A stretch of DNA of 64,000 bases from the human T2T-CHM13v2.0 reference genome, Homo sapiens. Both the position numbers and the translations under genes were made by a program. Position 1 is the stretch's first letter; each line of letters starts with the position of its first letter. The stretch lies in the NCBI RefSeq assembly GCF_009914755.1, contig NC_060944.1; one strand, given 5' to 3'. The notes beneath the pieces are model-generated. The model was not told the DNA's origin. It was given only the letters and a program-made list of their open reading frames with translations, and made no database searches. Below are positions 1 through 18,017 of this stretch, piece after piece.

Positions 1-85
1 AAGCAATCCTCCTACCTCAGCCTCCTGAGTAGCTGAGACCACAGGCACAACCCATCACACCCAGCTAATTTTATTTTTTTTGTAG

Positions 86-235
<150 letters not shown>

Positions 236-586
236 TGAATGAATCTTATTAATACATTAAGTGAAAAAAGCAAAAGGTACAGAGGAATACATACATTTTA
301 ATACCATTTATATAAAGCTCAAAATATGTGAAATACCACTATCTATTGTTTAGGGATATATACATAAGTAGTGTAAGTATACAGAAATATAAGGAAATGA
401 AAAATATCAAATCTTCATTTTCATCTGAAGTGGTTACTTCAGGGGCTGTGGCAGGGAGAGAGAGATGCAGCTGAGGAAGAGTCCATAGGGGGCTTCAACT
501 ATATTAGCAATATTGTATTTCTTATGCTTGGTGGTGGGGATAGGTATGTTTGAAATGTAATCCTTTAAGCATGAAATAACTCTTCA

Positions 587-850
<264 letters not shown>

Positions 851-1713
851 TTACAGCAAGACTCCATCTCAAAAAAAAGAAAAAAAAAAAGAAAAAAGAA
901 ATGTTTCATAATTTTTAATAAAAGGCAAGACAATATAAATTGGTAGTTATTTAAGTCATTCTACTTTTCCTGAGGCCCAGTGCAGGAAAACAAAGTTCCT
1001 ATCCTTGTTCCAACTAGACCATTTTGATAAGCTGCAAAAAGAAAAGACTTTGATGCTATTTCTTAGCCAGTTTGCAACAGCTGAGAGGTGAGCATGGAAG
1101 CTCTTGCATATATTCAGTTCAGAGAATGGGTGCTTAGTTTATGTCCAGAGTTTGTCCCAGATTTCACTATGACGTCAGCTCTCCGGGGAGAAGTATATAA
1201 AATAAAAAGTTAAAATCCCTCTCAGTCCTTTACCCAATCCTATTCCCCAGAGGTAATCTCTATTGACAGTACCCCTCCAGATATTTTCCCTATGTATATA
1301 CAAATACACAGATACACACTGAAAGTTAATTTTGGCCAGGTGCAGTGGCTCCTGCCTATACCAGAGGATTGCTTGAGTGCAGGAGTTCAAGACCAGCCTG
1401 GGCAACATAGCGAGACCACATCTCTAGTAAAAATAAAAAAAAATAGCTAGGCGTGGTGGCACAGTGGCACGTACCTTTAGTCTCAGCTACTCGGGTGGTT
1501 GAGGTGGGAGAATCACTTGAGCCCGGGAGGTCAAGCCTACAATTAGCTGTGATTGCTTCACTGCACTATAGCCTGGGCAACAGAGCTAGACCCTGTCTCA
1601 AAAAAATAATAATAAATTTTATATATATATATGAGGATGAAATTACATATGTATTATTTGAACAGAAGTGAAATCTTTTCTTTTTTTTTTTCAGACAGAA
1701 TCTTGCCGCATGA

Positions 1714-1956
<243 letters not shown>

Positions 1957-2549
1957 TGACTTTAAAGCTTTTCTACTTGCTTCCTAGAGTAAGGGACGCA
2001 TTTTACACTGCTATCCAAAACTCATCATAGAAACATACACACACAAAACCAAAGCACACATATACAACTGAGCAAATATTTCATGACATAACACTTTCTC
2101 TTACTAAGGGTGACGCGCTGAAATTTTGTATTCTGTCCTATTTCATTTTTTAAAAATGGTAACCATGACCTGCTAAATTGATTTCATTGTCCACTAATAA
2201 ATTATGACCTCAGTTTCAAAAAGATTGCTTTAGGTAACCAATCATCTTCTGAGATTTATACAGATTGCTCATAATTCTCTCCTATTTTTTAAAAACATGC
2301 TGCAGTGAACTGCTTTACACTCATTTTATGACTACTTCTGAGACCAAGATCCCGGATTATGTAATTGTTATTTACTTAAAATTCTGGTAAAATGTAGCCA
2401 TTATACTGGAAAACTAAATTTTAATCTTGGATCTGTCACCACCATGATATATAAACTTTGGGCAAGTCCCTGCACCTCTCTGGACCTCAATCTCCCCATC
2501 AGCAACCTGCTGATCCTACTCCCAGGAGTGTGCTCTAAGTTGAAAGTAG

Positions 2550-2923
2550 ATGCCCCACCCCCTGAGTCAGCGCCGGCAGGACTTCTCACCAAGCCCTTCT
2601 CCCCCTTTTCCGCTCCCTGTTCCTGGTTCCTAGGAAGCAGCCCAAGGAGAAGGGAAAAGGCAGGTCTGGGCAGGAGGGAGCAATGAAGGGCGGGGCAGAG
2701 GGAGGGCAGGAGGGAGGCCGGCCCCCTAGTAGGAAATGAGACACAGTAGAAATAACACTTTATAAGCCTCTTCCTCCTCCCATCTCCTGGCCTCCTTCCA
2801 TCCTCCTCTGCCCAGACTCCGCCCCTCCCAGACGGTCCTCACTTCTCTTTTCCCTAGACTGCAGCCAGCGGAGCCCGCAGCCGGCCCGAGCCAGGAACCC
2901 AGGTCCGGAGCCTCAACTTCAGG
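2550..2923 (+). promoter_or_regulatory. PROCR: PROCR proximal promoter and 5' UTR
   Basis: GC boxes GGGCGGGG at 2688-2695 and CTCCGCCCC at 2817-2825, AP-1 site TGAGTCA at 2563-2569 and a CACCC box at ~2553-2561, directly upstream of the ATG at 2924. The exact TSS cannot be determined from sequence. Confidence 0.7.
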
Positions 2924-2993
2924 ATGTTGACAACATTGCTGCCGATACTGCTGCTGTCTGGCTGGGCCTTTTGTAGCCAAGACGCCTCAGATG
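2924..2993 (+). CDS. PROCR: PROCR coding exon 1 (signal peptide MLTTLLPILLLSGWAFCSQDASD)
   Basis: ATG at 2924; 70 nt; donor G|GTGAGT at 2993/2994; matches the EPCR N-terminus. Confidence 0.98.
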
Positions 2994-4165
2994 GTGAGTC
3001 GGGGGCACATCTCCTGCCTCAGGATGGTTCTGGAGAATCTCAGTCTATCTGGGCACATGGCAAGACCACAGGAGAGCTTATCTCACAGCATCTGTGTCTG
3101 CAGCTGGCTAGATCTCTCTACAGGGCAGGCAGAGTCTTGGGGACTGGTTCGTGTCCCAAAGCCAAGGTGAGTTAGTACATTTAAGCCCCTGAAAAGGGGG
3201 AGATGAAAGAGGCTAGGGGAAACAGGATGACTGGAAACATGAGAAAGAAACCAGCAGAGAGGGTAGGAGAATCAGCCCCAGGGAGAGGGGAGAAAGGGGA
3301 ACTGAGGGTGATGGTAGATAGGGGTACATCTAGGGGAGACGGGAAGAGGCTCAGAAGAGAAGAGAAATGGAGGGAATGGGAAGACCCTGGGAAAACTGAT
3401 GGAAGAAGTGGGGGAAGAGTGGGGCAGAGAGAGGTTAGGGGAGGCTAGGGAAAATGGAAGGAGACTGGTCGCAGCTGGTGGAACTGGGGAGAAAGAGATG
3501 CTGTGCCTAATAGAACTTATGGGCGATCAGGCTACTGAAGTGGCCCTGTTTAAGCAGAAAAGGGAGTTATTACCCTCCATTATAATTGCACAGGGGCCTC
3601 CTTTCCCCTCTCTCACAATCCCCGTAACTTCAGTCTCCCCCTCAGAGAGGCAGCAAATAATAACCAGTATTCAATGAGTGCTCACTATGGTTAATACATG
3701 TATTGACCCATTTAACTTGCACAAACCCCTAAAGGTGGGTAATATTATTACTATCTCCATTTTATGAGGAGGAAACTGGGTCACAGAGTAGTTAAGGACC
3801 ATGTCTAGGGTTATCCATAAATATACTTATTCACATCTGCAGATACAAAGCACAACTTCTCAAATGCAAACACAGACAGGACCCACTCACACACACAGAT
3901 TTACAACCCCGGACTCATCCAAATGTGCTCTGGGCATCAACTCTGTGCCAGCCTCTTTTCTGGGTGTAGGAAGCAGAGATTACCAAGCATGGTTCCATAG
4001 CCTAGAGGAGTCCAGTGTGGCCTGTGTGTGTTTGGAGACAGCCAGGTAGTATCCCGTGAGATACACACTAATATATGGTGGTCTGGGATCACTGAAACAG
4101 ACACACTGTGTCTCGTGGGGCATCAGAAAAAAATTTCCAAGAAGAGGGCAACTGAGCTGGGTCTT

Positions 4166-4497
4166 TTTTTCTTTGCTTTTCTTTCTTTTTTCTTTTTTTT
4201 TTTTTTTTTTTTTTTTGAGATGGAGTCTTGTGCTGTCACCCAGGCTGGAATGCAGTGGCACAATTTCAGCTAACTGTAACCTCCAACTCCCAGGTTCAGG
4301 CGATTCTCCTGCCTCAGCCTCCTGAGTAGCTGGGACTACAGGCATGTACCACCACGCCTGGCTAATATTTGTATTTTTAGTACAGATGGGGTTTCGCCAT
4401 GTTGGCCAGGCTGGTCTTGAATCCCTGACCTCAAGTGATCCGCCCGCCTCGGCCTCCCAAAGTACTGGGATTACAGGCATGAGCCACCGCGCCCAGT
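4166..4497 (-). mobile_element. AluS in PROCR intron 1
   Basis: Antisense Alu dimer with poly(T); TSD CTGAGCTGGGTCTT at 4152-4165 and 4500-4513. Confidence 0.93.
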
Positions 4498-5329
4498 CTC
4501 TGAGCTGGGTCTTAAATCATGAATAAACTTCGCCAGGCAGAAAAAGGGAGGCAGAGCAATCCTGACATGCTATTCATGTGTCAGCCAAAGGCAGCATGAG
4601 GAATCCCAACTAGTTTGATATATAAGCAGCGGGAAGCGGCCAGAAAAGGCAGCAGGGGCCAGGTCTCTAGCAGCCTTGAATGCCAGGCTAAAGACTCTGG
4701 ACTTGATCCTGTGGGGAGGCAGTGTAGCAGAATGGCTGAGTGCTGGACTTGACTGCCTACGTGCAAACCTTGGCTCTGCTACACTATCTCTGTCTCAGTT
4801 TCCCATGTAGACTGGGGTTAATAATAGTAGCTATTGCATTAAGCCACTGGGGAAAGGCACAAAGATAATAATGTATGTAAAGCCCATTGCCCAGGTTATA
4901 ATAAGCACTGAATCGACATTGGCTATGATTATTTTTGATTAATGAAGGGGAGGGGGTTATGGCACTGGAAGATTTTAAGTAGGAAAAGGACATGATCTCA
5001 TCCCTGGGTCAGGTGGAGGTCGGAATAGAGAACGGGGAGATGAAGTAGAAAGTTACTACCCCAGTCTAGATGAGACGGATGAATCCTGAATCAGGGCAGT
5101 GGAAGAGGAGATGGAGAACAGGCGATGGAATTGGAATTTTATTCAGGTCAGGATTTGTTAACCATTTGTTCCGTTGGTTAACAGGAAACGGGGGGAGGGA
5201 GAGCCGAGGGTGAAAAAGGAGGCAGAAAGGAGTGTCTCTTCCACTGCAGGCCTCAGTTTCCTCATCTGTAAAACGGAGATAATAATCCCTGTCCTGTCCT
5301 CCTGGCAGAGTTACTGTCAGCGTCAAACG

Positions 5330-6000
5330 GGAGAAGCGGTGGGAGGGCACATTATAGTTTATGAAGGGTCGAGAAGGCGGGCGGCCAGCCTCGAGGTAGG
5401 GGGTTATTATCTTCCGCTGCCCGCCGCCCCCTCCCACGCCGGCCCAGGCTGAAGCTGACTCTGCCCGCAGGCCTCCAAAGACTTCATATGCTCCAGATCT
5501 CCTACTTCCGCGACCCCTATCACGTGTGGTACCAGGGCAACGCGTCGCTGGGGGGACACCTAACGCACGTGCTGGAAGGCCCAGACACCAACACCACGAT
5601 CATTCAGCTGCAGCCCTTGCAGGAGCCCGAGAGCTGGGCGCGCACGCAGAGTGGCCTGCAGTCCTACCTGCTCCAGTTCCACGGCCTCGTGCGCCTGGTG
5701 CACCAGGAGCGGACCTTGGCCTGTGAGTAGGCGCGCAGCGGGGGCGGGGTCTGGGCGGGGCTAGTGGGGGCGGGGCCTGGCGGGTGGGGGCGGGGCCTGG
5801 CGGATGGAGGCGGGCTGGGACTTGCAGGGACCCGGCAGCCACTGGAGCTCGGTGGCGCCTGGGCCTTTGAAGATTGCTGGGTGGGGGCTGGAGAGAGGCA
5901 GTTGTCCCCGCTAAGAAAGCCCCGACTCGGGCGGTCGTCCTGCTGGCATAACCTCTTGGGATAGACCCTGTTGGAAGGCCCTGACACCGTGACGTCGAAG
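5330..6000. promoter_or_regulatory. Intragenic CpG-rich island over PROCR exon 2 with clustered GC boxes
   Basis: High CpG density by eye; repeated GGGGCGGGG at 5740-5800. Confidence 0.7.
5471..5722 (+). CDS. PROCR: PROCR exon 2 (MHC-I/CD1-like alpha1 domain)
   Basis: Acceptor ccgcag|G and donor T|GTGAGT; 252 nt, phase 1/1; encodes [26 protein letters not shown]...HQERTLA with N-glycosylation sequons NAS and NTT. Confidence 0.98.
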
Positions 6001-6228
6001 GTCCCCAGAAAACTCCTCACCCCTCGCCTCACAGTCCTCCAACTCCTTTTCTTCATAGATCTCCGTCCTTCCCTTCCCACAGCCCCCAGCACTTCACCCC
6101 CCACCCTCCAGCCACTTCTCATACAAGCTGATGACTTCGCTCTTAGCTCCACTCATGACCCGAACTCTTCCCCCAAAGACCCCAAGTTCTTCTCTCAAAG
6201 CCCCACTCCTTCCCCGTCACAACCCTAA

Positions 6229-6699
<471 letters not shown>

Positions 6700-6936
6700 T
6701 GACAATTCCCTTTTTTCATCACAGTCCCTGGCCCCTTCTTTCTTAGCCTCTAACAGGCTAACCCCAAACCCCTCCTCACAGCCCCAGGCCCTTCTCCCCA
6801 TAGTTCCCTGACCTAGACTCCCCTCTCCTCACAGCACTGACTCTTGCCTTCTCATGTTCTTTTCCCCTTGGTGGGCCTCGCCCCACACCTGGCACCCTCT
6901 CTGCACAGTCCCCTGACCCTGACTGTCTATCCACAG

Positions 6937-7215
6937 TTCCTCTGACCATCCGCTGCTTCCTGGGCTGTGAGCTGCCTCCCGAGGGCTCTAGAGCCCATGT
7001 CTTCTTCGAAGTGGCTGTGAATGGGAGCTCCTTTGTGAGTTTCCGGCCGGAGAGAGCCTTGTGGCAGGCAGACACCCAGGTCACCTCCGGAGTGGTCACC
7101 TTCACCCTGCAGCAGCTCAATGCCTACAACCGCACTCGGTATGAACTGCGGGAATTCCTGGAGGACACCTGTGTGCAGTATGTGCAGAAACATATTTCCG
7201 CGGAAAACACGAAAG
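6937..7215 (+). CDS. PROCR: PROCR exon 3 (alpha2 domain)
   Basis: Acceptor ccacag|T and donor AAG|GTATGA; 279 nt; encodes [31 protein letters not shown]...HISAENTK. Confidence 0.98.
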
Positions 7216-7466
7216 GTATGATGGGACGGGGCCCAGGCCTGCAAGCTGGGGAGAGGGCGGGTTCCAGACAAATGGATGGACCTGAAGGATGGATGCCTAG
7301 AGCAACAAGAGGCCCACAGCTGGGGGTTTGGGACAGAACACACGCAGCTTCAGTCAGTTGGTAAACGGGTCCCTTTCCTCTGGGGCAGAAACGCTTTGGG
7401 GTTTGACTCAAATCATGGACTCCTTGGGGGCCTATTCTTCGGGCTAACTCTTTGCATGTTCTGCAG

Positions 7467-7582
7467 GGAGCCAAACAAGCCGCTCCTACACTTCGCTGGT
7501 CCTGGGCGTCCTGGTGGGCAGTTTCATCATTGCTGGTGTGGCTGTAGGCATCTTCCTGTGCACAGGTGGACGGCGATGTTAA
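7467..7582 (+). CDS. PROCR: PROCR exon 4 coding part (juxtamembrane, TM helix, RRC tail, TAA)
   Basis: Acceptor ctgcag|G; 116 nt to TAA at 7580-7582. The four exons total 70+252+279+116=717 nt = 238 aa plus stop. Codon 219 is AGT (Ser) at 7520-7522. Confidence 0.98.
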
Positions 7583-7937
7583 TTACTCTCCAGCCCCCTC
7601 AGAAGGGGCTGGATTGATGGAGGCTGGCAAGGGAAAGTTTCAGCTCACTGTGAAGCCAGACTCCCCAACTGAAACACCAGAAGGTTTGGAGTGACAGCTC
7701 CTTTCTTCTCCCACATCTGCCCACTGAAGATTTGAGGGAGGGGAGATGGAGAGGAGAGGTGGACAAAGTACTTGGTTTGCTAAGAACCTAAGAACGTGTA
7801 TGCTTTGCTGAATTAGTCTGATAAGTGAATGTTTATCTATCTTTGTGGAAAACAGATAATGGAGTTGGGGCAGGAAGCCTATGGCCCATCCTCCAAAGAC
7901 AGACAGAATCACCTGAGGCGTTCAAAAGATATAACCA

Positions 7938-8113
7938 AATAAACAAGTCATCCACAATCAAAATACAACATTCAATACTTCCAGGTGTGTCAGACTTGGG
8001 ATGGGACGCTGATATAATAGGGTAGAAAGAAGTAACACGAAGAAGTGGTGGAAATGTAAAATCCAAGTCATATGGCAGTGATCAATTATTAATCAATTAA
8101 TAATATTAATAAA
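7938..8113 (+). terminator. PROCR: PROCR polyadenylation signals (proximal and distal AATAAA)
   Basis: AATAAA at 7938-7943 and at 8108-8113; the distal one is followed by T/GT-rich sequence. Confidence 0.7.
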
Positions 8114-9030
8114 TTTCTTATATTTAAGGCATTGTTATCTCCTCCACTTTGCAAAATTTCTGGAAAAGTAACCTATACCCATTTCTTCTGCTTCCTTATT
8201 TCTCACTCATTCTTTTTTTTTTTTTTTTTTTTTTTGAGACAGAGTCTTGCTCTGTTGCCTAGGCTGGAGTGCAATGGTGTGATCTCAGCTCACTGCAACC
8301 TCTGCCTCCCGGTTCAAGCAATTCTCCTGCCTCAGCCTCCCAAGCAGCTGGGATTACAGATGCATGCCACCACACCCAGCTAATTTTTGTATTTTTAGTA
8401 GAGATGGGGTTTCACCACGTTGGCCATCCTGACCTCGTGATCCGCCTACCTCGGCCTCCCCAAGTGCTGGGATTAGACGTGAGCCACTGCGCCTGGTCTT
8501 CTCACTCATTCTTAGACCCAGTGCAATCTGACTTCTCTATAAACTACTCTGAGATCACCAGTAACCTCTAATTGTCAAACCATCACCCTACATGGTATCT
8601 GCAAATTTGCGGACTAGAACTCTCTTTTTGCCTTAACTTCTGAGATACCATACTTCAATTTTTAAAACTGTTCTGTCTACTTTTTTTCAATCCCTTTGAC
8701 TATGTCATCTTACACGATTCACCCTGGAAATGCTGGCTTCCTTAGAATTCCATTTTTTGGTTCCTTTTGTTCCTGTTTGAACTATACCCTTTCTAGGTGA
8801 CCTACTGACCTTCATGGCTGCAAATACTATCTACCTGTGGTTTCCATGGAGAAGCAATATAATTTTATCTTTAAGAGCATGTGTTTTGTCGGCCAGGCGC
8901 GGTGGCTCACGCCTGTAATCCCAGCACTTTGGGAGGCCGAGGCGAGAGGATCACTTGAGGTCAGGAGTTCAAGACAAGCCTGGCCAACACAGTGAAACCC
9001 TATCTCTACTAAAAATACAAAAATTAGCTA

Positions 9031-9219
<189 letters not shown>

Positions 9220-9247
9220 TCATCAGACTTAAGTTTTACTTCTTTGA

Positions 9248-9584
<337 letters not shown>

Positions 9585-9782
9585 TAAGTCTCAGTTTTTT
9601 TTGTTCCCAAATGGTATTAATAAAATATACCAAAGGGTCTAAGAAAAACAATACCCAATTCATAAAGGCATGAAGAGTATTAAATAAAAGTATATATGTA
9701 AAATAATATGCCAAGCGCAAGCTGGGCACGGTGGCTCATGCCTGTAATCCCAGCACTTTGGGAGGCCGAGGCGGGCGGATCA

Positions 9783-10333
<551 letters not shown>

Positions 10334-10796
10334 TCAGTAAATACAGCAGTGGCTTCTGATCTCCAGACCTCTCATTTGCATTGATTCTTTAAAATCATCT
10401 CTACCTTAATGTTCTGTAGACATTTCAAAATCAACATGTTCAAAATCAAATTTATTATCTATCTCCCCAAATCTGCTCTCTCTACTTCTGATGTTTACTG
10501 TTCATTAATGGATAACAGAATAACCATCAAATCATGTAAGTGGAGAGAACTCAGTGTTAACCTTTATTTACTCCCTCTTATTTATCCCCATCTACCAACT
10601 ACAGTATCTATAAAACACATTCACTCCTTTCTACCCCATTGCTTTTGTTCAAGATATCATAATTCCTCTCTTTCTTTGTGGTAAACATGAAGGTGTACCA
10701 TCCAGTTCTACCTCCAAAGAAAGACTTCCTGTTGGCCGGGCATGATGGTTCACGCTTGTAATCGCAGCACTTTGGGAGGCCGAGGTGGGGGGATCA

Positions 10797-11015
<219 letters not shown>

Positions 11016-11059
11016 TCAAATAAATAAATAAATACATAAATAAGAAAAAAAAGACTTGC

Positions 11060-11440
11060 CGTTCAGCTATAGGGGGAATAGCCAGCAGATAGCTTCCGCT
11101 TGCTTCAGTTCTTTCAATGTCTGCCTCAGCTGTAGAGGACAGTCCTGCACAAGATCATGCCCATCCCAGGGCTGCCCTCACTCGGTGCCTAAGCAAGGCA
11201 GGGGTATAAAAGTTCGGTCATTTTGGCCAACTGCAGGACAACTCTGAGAATAGGTTGGATTGACAAGGGCTAGCCAGGGCTGGAAATATTCACTCCAGAG
11301 CTCCCTGCCAGGGAGGCTGGGTCTTTGTCAGATCTGCATTGCCGTTTGACTTCTCTCTTAGCTCAGCCCTACTTCTTCCCCCTGGTAAGCATCTTGCACC
11401 TCAAACTCTGTCTCAGCCTCTGCTTCCAGATAACCCAACT
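11060..11440 (+). mobile_element. Old ERVL-type LTR fragment (LTR16-like)
   Basis: Motifs resembling LTR16 (ttggccaactgcaggacaactctgag; ...ctcagcctctgcttcc...aacccaac). Subfamily from memory; boundaries approximate. Confidence 0.45.
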
Positions 11441-11535
11441 TGTGTGTGTGTGTCTCTCTCTCTTTCAAAATTGAGAAATTTTCTCAATCTTGTCTGGACC
11501 ATGGCAGCAGCCTCCTCCTAAGAAATTGCCTCTAA

Positions 11536-11944
<409 letters not shown>

Positions 11945-12038
11945 TAAATTTCTCATTGAGTTAAATTCAGAATCCTCAAAATGACATTCAAGGCCTTGCA
12001 CAATGTGGCCCCAACCTAATTTTCTAATTTAATTTTAA

Positions 12039-12263
<225 letters not shown>

Positions 12264-13429
12264 TGAACTCCTGACCTCATGATCTGCTCTCCTTGGCCTC
12301 CCAAAGTGCTGGGATTGCCGGCGTGAGCCACTGTGCCCGGCCCCTCAAATTTTATTTTCTACCATTTCTCTTTAGCCACTGTGCCTTAGATTATTTATTT
12401 TAAAAGCATATTTTTAAATGACGGAAGTGGTACAACAACAGCAATAACAGAGAAGTTTACAAAGAAATTTCATAAAGGAAAAACGGAACGCCTCCTGCTT
12501 TCTCATTCTCCCCAAATCCTTACTCCAGAGGTATGCTAAGATTATTAGTTGCAAGCAACAGAAACCAATTCTGCCAACTTAAGGGGAAAATAAGTATATT
12601 GGAAGGTTATTAAGTAATCCTCAGAGTTGATGGGAAAGCCAGATAATCAAGCTCAGAAAGTAGAACCAGGGACCACAGCCAAAGTCACACCACAGGAATG
12701 GTATTAAGGATGCCACAGCTGGAAGCACTACCTCCATCACCAATGCTGCTGCCATATTAAAGGAATTCTCCTCTGACCCTGTGTCTTTACATCATTTGTT
12801 CAAGAGTCAATATCCTGAGTGGAAGCAGCCAAATGACCAAGCCTTGATCATGTTGCTTTTGCCTTAGCTGCAAGTGCAGGGGGGAAAAGGAAAACTTTAG
12901 ATACCTTTGACTTCTCTTGTGGGAGGTGAGAACCTGTCTCCCATTAAGACTCACACAGAGGAAGAGATTTCAGATGCTGGGCAACCAAAACAGGTACAGG
13001 TGATTTTAAAGAATTGATGCAAATGAGAAGCCTGGAGATCAGTAGCCACTGCTGTATTTACTAACTCTACATATATTATCTTTTTTTTGAGACAGACTCT
13101 TGGTCTGTTGCCCAGGCTGGAATTGGTGGCACGATCATGGCTCACTGCAGCTTCAACCTCCTGGGCTCAAAAAACAGAACAAAAGAAAAATAAAATAGAA
13201 AAGCAAAAACAACAAAAACCCATAAATGTTCACTATATCTCACATCATTAATTTATTTACTCGTTTAATAAATGTTTGTCAGAAACTTCCATATAGAAGG
13301 CTTTATGTTATGTACTTTGGAAGACACAAAACGATTAGGATATGATCCTTCTCAAGGAGCCCAGTCTTTTCTTGGGAAGATAAAACATACAAAAGAGAAC
13401 AACACAAGGCAAGATGCATTGTATAACTA

Positions 13430-13830
<401 letters not shown>

Positions 13831-13953
13831 CTATATAGTTTTTGGAATTCTGTAACTTGCGTTTATCATTTAATACTCTCTTTGGTCTTGTAAGATAGAT
13901 ATAATCATTTTAGATTAGGAGACATGTTTAGGGAGAATAAGAAAGTTAATAAC

Positions 13954-14376
13954 TGATATGGTTTGGATGTTTTGTCCCTCCAAATCTCATGTTGGAACGT
14001 GACCTCCATTGTTAGAGATGGGCATAATGGGAGGTGTTTGGGTCATGGGGGCAGATCCCTCATGAATGGCTTAACACCATCCTTTAGTGTTGAGTGAGTT
14101 CTTGTTCAGTTAGATTACACATGAGATCTCGTTGTTTAAAAGGATCTGAGACCTCCCCTCCTCTTTCTTGCTTCCTTCTGTCTCATCTTATATGCCTGCT
14201 CCCCCTTTGCCTTCCAACATGATTGAAAGCTTCCTGAGGCCTCACCAGAAGAAGATGCTGGTGCCATGCTTCCTGTACATCCTGCAGAAGTGTGAGTCAA
14301 AAATAAACCTCTTTTCTTTTATAAATTAGCCACTTGCAGGTATTCCAGTATAGCAGCACAAGAATTGACTAATATA
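13954..14376 (+). mobile_element. MaLR solo LTR (MSTB-like)
   Basis: Begins TGATATGGTTTGGATGTTTTGTCCCTCCAAATCTCATGTTG, contains AATAAA, ends GACTAATATA; ~420 bp. Confidence 0.85.
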
Positions 14377-14708
14377 GTATCAGAGCTAGGATTCAAACCC
14401 GTGCCTTTGTGTTCTAGGATTTATGCTTTCTCTCCTCTACTAAAACTGCAGGAATCAGAGGAATCTAGGGGAGAAACATGGTATTTGTGAATTGGTGAGA
14501 TATGACCATGCCCAGATAGGAAAGATAGACAGAACAGATTCAATAATGAAAATAGGAAAAAGCAGAGTAAATTTTAGACATTTCTTAAAGAAGATACACC
14601 AGTGGCCAATAAGCACATGAAAAGATGCCCAACATCGTTATAGTCATTATGGAAATGCAAATCAAAACCATGAGATACCACTTCATACCATCAAGAATGG
14701 CTATAGGA

Positions 14709-16658
<1,950 letters not shown>

Positions 16659-17174
16659 AAGAATGGCTATAGGAAAAAAGACAGACAATAACAAGTGTTG
16701 GCAAGAATGTGAAGAAATTGGAACCCTCATACATTGCTGGTGGCAATGGTATAGCACTTTGGAAAACAATTTGACAGTTCTTCAAAAAGTTAAACATAGA
16801 GTTATTGTGTGGCCCAGCAAGTCCGCTCCTAGTATATGCCCAAGAAAATTGAAACATACATCCATGCAAATACTTGTACATGAATGTTCACAGAAGCATT
16901 ATTCCTAATAGCCAAAAATGGTAATAATCCAAATGTCTGTTAATTGATGGAGAAACAAAATGTAGTATTTTAATACAATGGAATATTATCTAGCCATGAA
17001 AATGAGGTACTGACACATGTTACAACACGGATGAGCCTTAAAAACATGATAAGTAGTCCGGGAGCAGTGGCTCTCGCCTGCAGTCACAACACTTTGGGAG
17101 GCCAAGGCGGGTGGATCATGAGATCGGGAGTTCAAGACCAGCCTGACCAACATGGAGAAACCCCGCCTCTTCTA

Positions 17175-17333
<159 letters not shown>

Positions 17334-17498
17334 TCAAAAAAAAAAAAAAAAAAAATGATAAGTAAAAGAAGCCAGTCACAAAGAACCAGGTATTATATGA
17401 TTCAACACACGTGAAACATCCAGAATAGGCAATCTGACCAGGCACAGTGGCTCATGCCTGTAATCCCAGCAATTTGGGAGGCCAAGGCAGGTGGATCA

Positions 17499-17756
<258 letters not shown>

Positions 17757-17826
17757 TTAAGTCAGTGGCCTGCAAAACATGTTAACAATTAGGTCAATTC
17801 CTTCTTTGCGCTTCCTCAATCCATAG

Positions 17827-18017
<191 letters not shown>

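Noticed and set aside
2994-3175. ORF-track extensions of PROCR exons into introns (also 5723-5730 and 7216-7364)
   Set aside because: They read through canonical GT donors; the spliced 717-nt CDS accounts for the protein.
6925-6955. The 23-bp duplication variant at the PROCR intron 2/exon 3 boundary that I recall from the literature
   Set aside because: Only one copy of TATCCACAGTTCCTCTGACCATC is present and the frame is intact.
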